From contig CAZQMZ010000001.1 in the NCBI GenBank assembly GCA_964594865.1, forward strand, positions 11,563-75,562: a DNA stretch of 64,000 nt. Reading direction: 5' to 3'. The DNA is from an uncultured Lachnospiraceae bacterium. GTDB lineage: Bacteria; Bacillota; Clostridia; Christensenellales; UBA1242. The position numbers and the translations under genes were made by a program. Shown piece by piece: positions 61,701 to 64,000 of this stretch. How positions within the stretch are numbered: the first letter of the stretch is position 1; each line of letters begins with the position of its first letter. Under the pieces are notes generated by a model. That model made no database searches, had not been told where the DNA came from, and saw nothing but the letters and a program-made list of their open reading frames with translations.

Positions 61701-63121
61701 CTAATGACAGAACATATATTGGAAATGGATATGTTCTCAGATATTCAAATGTTGCGGGCTCTTCTACTGGTTTTGGCGGATTGTTCAATTCAAACTCTGG
61801 ATTGATAAAAGACTTGGTTGTTGTTGGAAGTGTCACAGACACAAGTTCAACTTCGGCCACCAGGGATTCAGCACTTTTGATTTATGCAAACTCAGGAAAT
61901 CTTTATGATATCCAAATTTTTGGCACTTTCAGAAACATCTCAACAGGAAGTGGAACAACTTATGTGTTCGCAAACAGCAGCTCTGTAACGGTAAACAATT
62001 TGACAAGCAGTGTCACTCTTTATGGTCTTGATGAAGCTGATGGTGATGACGGCACCGATGGCTCTTTAAGTAAGTCTGCTGGAAGTGGCTTAGATGGCGA
62101 AAGCGTTTCTCGAACGCTTGCTGATTGGAATTCCAATTTAACAGATTCAAACAACATCATTATTGCCGGAAGCGGTGGAAACGGTGGAAACGGTGGAAAT
62201 GGGACCTCTGACACGACAAATACAGGAAAAATTGGAGGATCTGGAGGCGCAGGCGGAAGTGGCGGAGATATTTCTGTTCAAAACACTGGCTTGTTCTATC
62301 GCGCAGGACTTGGCGGTGTCAGTGGTTACGGCGGAAATGGTTCGCATGGTTATTTTAATACTAATTATATTGACTTTTCGAGTTATCGAGCTACAGGTGG
62401 TGGCGGTGGCGGCATGACATGCTCCAATGGTGATGCAGGCTCCGTGACTGGCTCTGAGAAGAGCAATGCAAGAACCTCAAAAGCAACAACTCAACTTGGT
62501 GGCAACGGTGGCATTGGCGGACTTGGAAGATATTATTATTATTACGGAGGGGATGATAATTCTTATATTTCAAATACAACTTCCCATTGGACTATTGCGG
62601 CAATTGGCTCTACAACAACAGCTTATTATATGTTTACTTCTGGGGGTGGTGGCGGTGCTGGCGCTGTTGGTACAGCTGGAGGCAGTGGTGATAATGGCAG
62701 CACAGGCTTAAAACTTTTAGATTACGGTTATGAATGGAATCTAAATGCCAAATTTGCTTGGATCAAGATTTATGGAGTGACCGCTTACATGATAAGTTTC
62801 ACAAAAGCGAGCTGGTATTTTCTCTATACTGAGTCTCATCATTACAGTACTTTGGAAGATTTAGCAAGTACCCTAGAAAATGCATCAAGTGCAGTCGAAT
62901 TAATGAAAGAAAAAAGTGGCGGTTCTGGCGGTTCTGGTGGTTCTGGCGGAGTTGATGGTAACAATGATGCAACTTACGATGATGGCGGACAGGTTTATGT
63001 TAAGTATATATATTATAGATGGCGTGGAGATACTGCAATAGGGTTTAAGCAAGTCGCTCTGTCTTGGAGTTCTGGAGAAGCAATCAACTCGGCTGGAAGT
63101 TTTGGAAAAAGCGCGACATAA
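43724..63121 (+). CDS. Giant (~6,465 aa) surface lipoprotein with GLUG-motif/beta-helix modules and a Gly-rich C-terminus
   Basis: GGAGG RBS, MKKF...LFTGC lipobox, uninterrupted 19.4-kb ORF, many (V/I)GG(I/L)(V/A)G motifs. Confidence 0.9.
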   Translation: MKKFALGMLSVFMLLGGLFLFTGCNKQISMTVSVNEFSISTNNENAEEYASKTIEVSLTNSSAGVTVEVIEGEDSVYVSDLSGSSGSYRFVINATKSGDAKVKVTAIEDYSVSEEIVVHVSTSLTNITTANDDEKNLYIVRGSYKALDEEFQNTYFDMSPEDVSIKDLDWTFETSYTLADSKILTVGGETYAYIEDNTVYVLEDCDLSEITLRATYVYDSDIYTTITFAILDDTTINSFTLQDENGEKELASNNEELLTSAEFSIKRNDDTTTQKYSITGTLVVNTTEDVGISLVVLQQDEYYIWQEMSDYSSLFSFSVNSKETNTAGTQTTFTFTISGYDEDYAYSQYGTFKFYFKISYTNYNYFVTTENFDTRVEVSYSAESISLTSSDGNSLGGDTIDVFSSYEDSEGYFVNVLVLPTEVQIDNSMFYITIDITQSSLSSVISQIGGDISNLFTIYSGNTFYEFTSEGGNTIYKTADLSNNSNIYILASSNLSQDLEGVTISFVSCSPSAVQTSLTMNLYRITQGSLSVYDYETGEDKAVETQYIATNSSSNSLSYTLRIEGISSITGLELVSDGNELFSFSNLTQTESSTGTNPYVVVTFTVSLNGVNFEDQTQFWFEHITGKSTEAITLSAFMPLTSVAIINGNSYSTSVFVSYTSTQSYVEASGGVSSSSTISNTTLSHLLIEAGTRLPLSSEYQTLSSEGITFTYLSFDSLVEYLKNYYNYEDDQAESYALELFNSDDGIDFVANNLYGQFTTIDSNYFSITESSLTLTENAFKGYVLATFSGYDINHNLVTVLRFFAIESFYSVSYLSSDTREELLYSKETLSIADEELSYVEITLSFRTDTKIPTYTDSLQYFTFTSAQNAFSSATASSQNDVISNDYYSISNVRYTNSGRYLKFTITANSTNLLTIFVDTLTITYTDPNGLTRSTQIVIQIRNVDRVESVTWVDSTDDNEIYLSTTSTTQTSASISTIISPSSANDKTLSYYFRSAGGSGYLSIAQQGDGNIFSLSISSANSGGWGYLYILPSDMIKSVDGGERILLYDYTTDSDGNIVESPVYITWDQLPDYYEYLVSDGSEDYETYGVSTYFLNNNGERIYYSNILLRIKVTVADGTSEETAYRIYTASELANISDMSKFYEIMNDLTLTNWQSFERFTGTIFGTDETVTLTFTGNSGALVQQLEGTIRNLTFAGQVNTSTSANYAGFVVEINNGTIENVYVDVNYSSNTYSSSVLTSTVYVVGGIAGQNNGTISNSFVYGLTINATSATYIGGIAGQNYGTISGSGVEFYTFSEGVYNTVTGNSSTVFGGIVGYAMTNSTISTSYVYAFPLTTSTLTYSTLLSVGSAYLFVGNVSGTTTVDQSFAFFGNLSNSNSSVQFSNSYYTYYNGSTLTITLLSVTYENQYFNEITGNVTVTKSGNSEDFTAQTENVNLSLLLSSLDSSIWVTSTNSNNFDGDVNFGFAYLSAITQTIAVNLSGLAVSDVEGSYVQALAAADKSSGILFYTSLTTSTNSTADESALTARNTISIMELFGLSTQSQARALILSSTSTNITINANNILLNKTTTSEFEIVVYSKTDYTNYKTFKFIILNSLPTLTLSLGGNTLSSGSVVQLQTKTSKNILNSISNTIYLNGSPYITENDYTFAVDYSLVVDDADDEVNNADEITIEDYLIVTKSNYIIQLQGIKSTSDTFEVGSYLTLSGLSDGYASLIKDKTEKAFYVSLYDGATSLELKSSQTLSFTSSQYVELDFTLTTDNSEDNLVFALSYNGVTKNVVDEDGNALTFGSDTSVAYFQLDTDVLIKVIWTKTLGSSDTEYLYHVVVKVDESCLHLVSQNYSNILLTVTPLSQNENISQTVTLNLNTQKINDVSIQTYSVANRSSSSSGTFYTISSTILNTLSPSSEAIVAVSVSPAYALMSYLTITYSASGDTTSGTLGTISISKLSYGSQGYYVDSSNTTSITNGIKVTLTNDDKTGDGVYYFRIYVSSSFTINSAVTLTVNFYTDDDELVYYGSTNLAVNYLQEAQVRVGGSTTYLMSKGDTAVVTVTVGADQTLSNISLENVSSNIDLTLTSVEVQSNQTVYTYTLTAYVDATLEGDDDTGIFYVCADVQRVINGVQEIKQSRAIVCLVDFTIDGNGISVNASGSQATYYGVTADVFYLYRGSTDTLSFNYTILPESYLYDSTNPSEVSAVNDLISAQNEFKRNNYYKDDNAGYYINYSYNSTEGAYEALTLKQQLYYVSSSNTNTSSSIYNGTSIISNDYFTIVESENTGVNILQLTGVRTGVQLMRLRTTVIYQNIEFSYDYYFFVVVAILSDEETPTQITTASEFVDYLTNSSEADDYILMNDIVLDDYTPLDTDLVSSLDGNGYTIHINSFAYPEDSSTLELALFNTVDEDTTLKNIRVNIYSGGQITVDVQDYSTINIAGFAITNNGIIYNCEVVSFKGSNQTTTYSTNGIVVNFTIGNNTDPVRMTDSLLSQYNVSSTISGFVCENNSSIVNSRVGGDSYREVVTISGINYLQSQTLGTFTIQGQGSVSGFVGTNSGNISACFAKNMQIYNNTSSSVSVTSGFIMTNTGNIQGSYIEGVGNGIDSQNRMTNISTMGIAAGFVYSNSGLVKNSYSNIEIASDSDYKPSFASGFVYINEESGEITLCYSASYVDTSDSNQMPFTGLDGNLNSLNYGTITNSYFYCSDATDTTNQSSITSGVTAVNNLTTDPQDKLYGFTFASDEESYDGIWTTTETGITLVAANSIAFSNRYSVTIDNVTYIYYNRTVIDSSTLQTIDISYGSINNPIILRDAYDFAVATGDATSTTISSYAEYYDDTTVYGHYRVVNDIDMSEIDLDLTGDSAVNLTTTTKTFTGLLDGNGFTISNINLRSEEELDNFGLFAELDGAVIMNINFTVGNITDTRVKVIGTLAGTAIDSTLVAISISPLEGNDDISVTGYNIVGGVVGILIGDSSFSDITASNMIINSTYNGTKYVGSNDNLVGTYLRNYISVGNYNSVSTLSYAGALVGYVDIYNASNPDYVRYDSSLSVSDYDITSVRVTDSVDIYGQVVGGLFGYVGESTYIYDASLILDADMDGNNPSYIVSKNLYAGGLIGENYGGLFAVYASYSDDLQYEIESGEYSYYNGSSSVERGQMDIFSHEKNSGDSALYVGGLVGYMGGGFITVAYSKINVISNTAEAVGGIIGLAGTLSNSFELTFAENISSVDIFLYDVYASGDLYSEVGISGGIIGAIRDNGATPIIAMKDVLAMNYYSTTQTTIEGGSSQTVLAGGTHYVLVGEIYSYNSDGTNRTSSLNSNFYIIDSLNDYFNIYNSTSTSTEYKSNTVGGYSSITASGTTISLSYLGFGEISQETLGENLLIATHIGTLSSMATAYVRYNSYFLENGWQSAYWEHKQNYLFPNIQLIPQINVIFWDVDNTEEVLAAIESNPSVTVVVRGRVDSSSDNNQEWADIDLTSVTDDVKEYFKTNSVIGEFTGTLISYYKYVNSHAEGYVTNVHANGYGGEAGDDVGLIINTSLFASLNGATIEGLNIYLVADEDEDNADEEIDYTLVYGDVEDSLFTEVNIFMNNDVSLTAKSFSSDTTTASSGLISNTAYSTTYSSVNFVMRASNISFDTDDSTITAYYGLVAGYIDQNSSLSATSIREITLTSENSDSENSNDDTIKIIKINLGGDSVQNLYAGIIAGLLKRSGAMKSTLYISNFSNVQMNINCGTEVAVNEKTVYIGGNIGHVEYITQVSFIESTSDEDNEELQIIQNVNLTKLYAGIVFGNVEISSSITISSSSSNTISGAIYQKADETSGDNTTGVSGEVYIGGIAGKVSSSVVLQNVSVNMTVAKLSDSSVDFDANTSTYNTSSFEITSSNDSMNNSIGGFVGYSLSGTIRVTGASSISGNIDVKSAYALISVGGVVGKLDEGLEVAANITNSLNIAVDGSTAYVGGLGGFVQTKNSETDVSITVAGSNGGNYARYTGIVLSNVSTLKFGGAFGYIARTDYDNRDSAIEITNFVYGGAVKIYGSNSNGADISVGGVVGEFAVASSDSYGSYTAFQNSNGGSDSSYTITNSYSYGDVFVMYSSLSGNLTGNLSYYNFGGIVGKASYVYISECYSLMTSFNSKVAIYNTVNVSDHVGAIVGDNSALVKFVGNYYSSGVCMAYQEEDENTDAPYGTGTSTVYYGYSNVIDSSSSGTISYSRDILSLGDFANVASGTLQGEKLNPKKIESTPAWDNFFTSNINSTHNISWVALTVDKLEIENLSNYEGNNIFSNCVLVGNGQTISVSKDSATSGTTFGGLFDTMGKEESANNYELSFSAITGLIVDLEITDFDSPNSSATFGGLVGTMYGNSFIYGVGVKGELSVGVGTTGSTLTLAGMVGSMQGGSISESYVDATITHRGGSSGLVAGIANATSNTTIKSTYSSGLIEVYSTNSTSVATIYTFANYSGSSNTLIDSYSIANIERTFLDETTSYSSSDDDEYDLSIGGTYTSYGEVYNWSSGTGGTTGNNYPLSYDETAISGNGLYISSSEGSGSTFRTWYFNPYINYGYASHGFGYLKNVTTYTRSSSTETSSSDTNDDETSVVDEYEYTAVSYSDILNSTSSSSSSEDEESVWYLGVLNATKFNQMLEVADSDSVSKNWNFVILYDIDISNVTKGEDIGSSTYNVTIDGANHTLDFSGVTDMSKALFGTVYGTIENLRLSDINVSNAQGTLATSVTGDLINITVVGSLTITSTLDGGAGGVVGTLAGNATAVYSVVNVTASNVGIVGGVVGTLSSGKISYSSNAGEIVAEGSSSSMSSYTFNYIKASGEISDSTETLTFNLIVGGIVGYASSDTTVENSYNENAVLANYTSNNTSANSVAGGIVGYLNGATITNSYNTGMVGAGNYSSSYSSAYNFAGGIFGYGTAGTSVSDCINDGAVEAIGEMNTRKGTGYSISDEVTDGDEEEDDYSTNPDSVTVRYTITYNPGQSRKVYAYGIGFIIGENGKIEDCSTSTDNIKNDGNIGEVPDTQYMVFDRAAMLDQYQLNETDMVEGKFSLSETSNYVVNGYDAYGMPARIYLEDTMIRKMTNYAVDYDTAHYNGDLFNGIMLSGYLYAYNIDGKESYTNSSIVYSSGVESLSGLSSGNDNIELTDYIYYLASETTYYSSVSFVQYESILDDTSVLGYVSSGTLDIEEYDRSSTTIEDEISNIDEMTEDNSDTLTQTTVNGKSVAIVKNQANLISVIMPYEADFEFEIEINDTYFNEDTTLQIEISWTEGSESVSPQYTSYEYEIDEGSNGVYTVTVTGTSYFGEAHTNMTATATISYENTYEVTLSKNNVVLDGSQVKIYLDYYGNLDPSGWMNDESLSYTLTYTTEENDETVEKEVPLTTMQLEYSVTDGYYLVGNNIQGGVDIYDLLGSGATITISYRSTTETESVSISVETETDTETIDLVENQIPSSSNTIKGYADTTLSALEMEITIDDVTQTASLDLSELLSELGNTSKLAFGSGSDYVTYDGTTWSTSNGDDIEFEINSDTLTISLSSSSSSDLQDVVNKMYGWTIYYNVVGEISTGTSVTNATTSVSYDDYTLYYSLVIPERFNLNENVMLEYTGNDINSEEGLIIYETETVFGIEFYTYSLPYELTGGTVNFLEDKGYEIEVYTNDQTLVNFLQGVGELELTIGETDGDVNIGETLVITYYTSTASSDEFDWKFDDDLSLTFTLSNSSGSSSDDESEESVYYTVTKEEIGTCSYCGGSCTAVTTTWETDEVLNNSETDYVNYSYSYTIYSCGAISVTYTAGKYVYNYVYNEDSESYTESYTITVVSERYELYKGTLTKYTGTATGDEESITWSNGSNENLDTTVFTGIELDLIDIALEDYEFTVIVIVGDYDENNIYFVRNLYDSDDYTYTLAVDGNIPSRNETTLSDFETGNTESVTLTNTGTVSYSYRLTTESSYTSVSNETTLKYSDSAPYDYTTYKILRSFTTSGTREGISTNADSAEQADAEYVIFKNDISVGIYTFSSNDRTYIGNGYVLRYSNVAGSSTGFGGLFNSNSGLIKDLVVVGSVTDTSSTSATRDSALLIYANSGNLYDIQIFGTFRNISTGSGTTYVFANSSSVTVNNLTSSVTLYGLDEADGDDGTDGSLSKSAGSGLDGESVSRTLADWNSNLTDSNNIIIAGSGGNGGNGGNGTSDTTNTGKIGGSGGAGGSGGDISVQNTGLFYRAGLGGVSGYGGNGSHGYFNTNYIDFSSYRATGGGGGGMTCSNGDAGSVTGSEKSNARTSKATTQLGGNGGIGGLGRYYYYYGGDDNSYISNTTSHWTIAAIGSTTTAYYMFTSGGGGGAGAVGTAGGSGDNGSTGLKLLDYGYEWNLNAKFAWIKIYGVTAYMISFTKASWYFLYTESHHYSTLEDLASTLENASSAVELMKEKSGGSGGSGGSGGVDGNNDATYDDGGQVYVKYIYYRWRGDTAIGFKQVALSWSSGEAINSAGSFGKSAT

Positions 63122-63148
63122 GTCACCATCTTCTTAAAAAGGATTTTT

Positions 63149-63961
63149 ATGAAAAAAGACGAGAAAATTTTTGTTACAAATTTTGATTTCAAAAAGGCCA
63201 ACAGAAAGGCCAACCAAAAACCAAAAGAAAGATCCTCTGACGAAAACATCCATGCTGGGCACAGGACGAGATTGTTGGAACTTGTCAACAATGTTGGCGT
63301 CGACAATCTCTCCGATGTCCAATTTGTTGAACTTTTTCTGACCTACATCTTTCCGCGTGGCGATGTCAACCCTTTGGCGCATAGGCTTTTGGATAAGTTC
63401 GAAAATTTCACCAAGATTGTCTGCGCTCCTGTTGAACAGTTGAAACTTGTTCGTGGAATCAATGACCGTTCCGCTCAAATGATTTCCAATTTCAAAGATT
63501 TGTTCTATTATTATGCCACGGCGAATATGGGAAGAAAAGTGTATATCTCCAACTATTCCTTATTGATTGATATCGTTGAAGATCATCTTCGTTTCCAAAC
63601 CGAAGAAAATTTGTTGCTTATCGCAATAAGTCCTGCCAATTTCATCACGCATAAAAGGATGATAAATTTGGACAGTTCGGGAAAAGTTGCTGTGTCCATT
63701 CAAGATGTCGCACAATTTCTATCCATGTCAAAACCAGCATCTTTGGTTGTTGCCCACTGTCATCCTTTTGGAAAATCAATTCCATCCAACACTGATGTTG
63801 AGGCTCATCACATGATTAAAGAATTTTGCGAAACTTGTGGAGTCAACTTGATTGATTCTTATATTGTTGGCAACGACGGTGTTTTCAGTTTGGAAAAAGA
63901 TAAATTGGTGAGAATTTATTGTGATATGGAAGATTTGGAAGAAATTTTCACAAATAAATGA
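63149..63961 (+). CDS. radC: RadC family JAB-domain protein
   Basis: HAGHRTRL, PRGDVNPLAHRLL..F, AHCHP.G...PS..D. Confidence 0.88.
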   Translation: MKKDEKIFVTNFDFKKANRKANQKPKERSSDENIHAGHRTRLLELVNNVGVDNLSDVQFVELFLTYIFPRGDVNPLAHRLLDKFENFTKIVCAPVEQLKLVRGINDRSAQMISNFKDLFYYYATANMGRKVYISNYSLLIDIVEDHLRFQTEENLLLIAISPANFITHKRMINLDSSGKVAVSIQDVAQFLSMSKPASLVVAHCHPFGKSIPSNTDVEAHHMIKEFCETCGVNLIDSYIVGNDGVFSLEKDKLVRIYCDMEDLEEIFTNK

Positions 63962-64000
63962 AAAGAATTTAGCTTTTGAAAATGGCTTTCAAAATTACAC

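Noticed and set aside
63149-63961. radC as a marker of a mobile island carrying the giant gene
   Set aside because: Full-length chromosomal-type RadC; no mobility genes or boundaries visible, though the window ends here

Overview
AT-rich chromosomal segment of a spore-forming Firmicute (Clostridia-like, inferred from spoIIID, spoIIQ, spoVB, ywmB and DUF421/DUF4363). Most of it is housekeeping: secA 3' end, rpsF-ssb-rpsR-rpmE, DUF1385-prmC fusion, prfA, queH, SPase I, HU, rubrerythrin, comF, tRNA-Glu, cysS, recD2, P-type ATPase, cca, pth, mfd, acpP and radC. No integrase, transposase, CRISPR array or rRNA was seen. Standouts: (1) a single 19.4-kb ORF for a ~6,465-aa lipoprotein with repeated GLUG/beta-helix-like modules and a polyglycine, aromatic-loop C-terminal tip; (2) a tandem pair of orphan TrbC/VirB2-like pilin genes with a 188-bp identical core and divergent flanks, each with its own promoter and terminator and no conjugation genes nearby; (3) eroded cell-wall loci (truncated glmU, prs absent, murA/spoIID/mbl absent from the ywmB-spoIIQ-spoIIID locus, lone acpP); (4) many apparently leaderless genes, including sigE-type ones; (5) strongly acidic, Lys/Arg-poor exported proteins; (6) two small ORFs missed by the ORF track. 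Together these suggest, as inference only, a reduced and possibly host-attached sporulating clostridium. All family calls are by-eye motif recognition; no searches were run.
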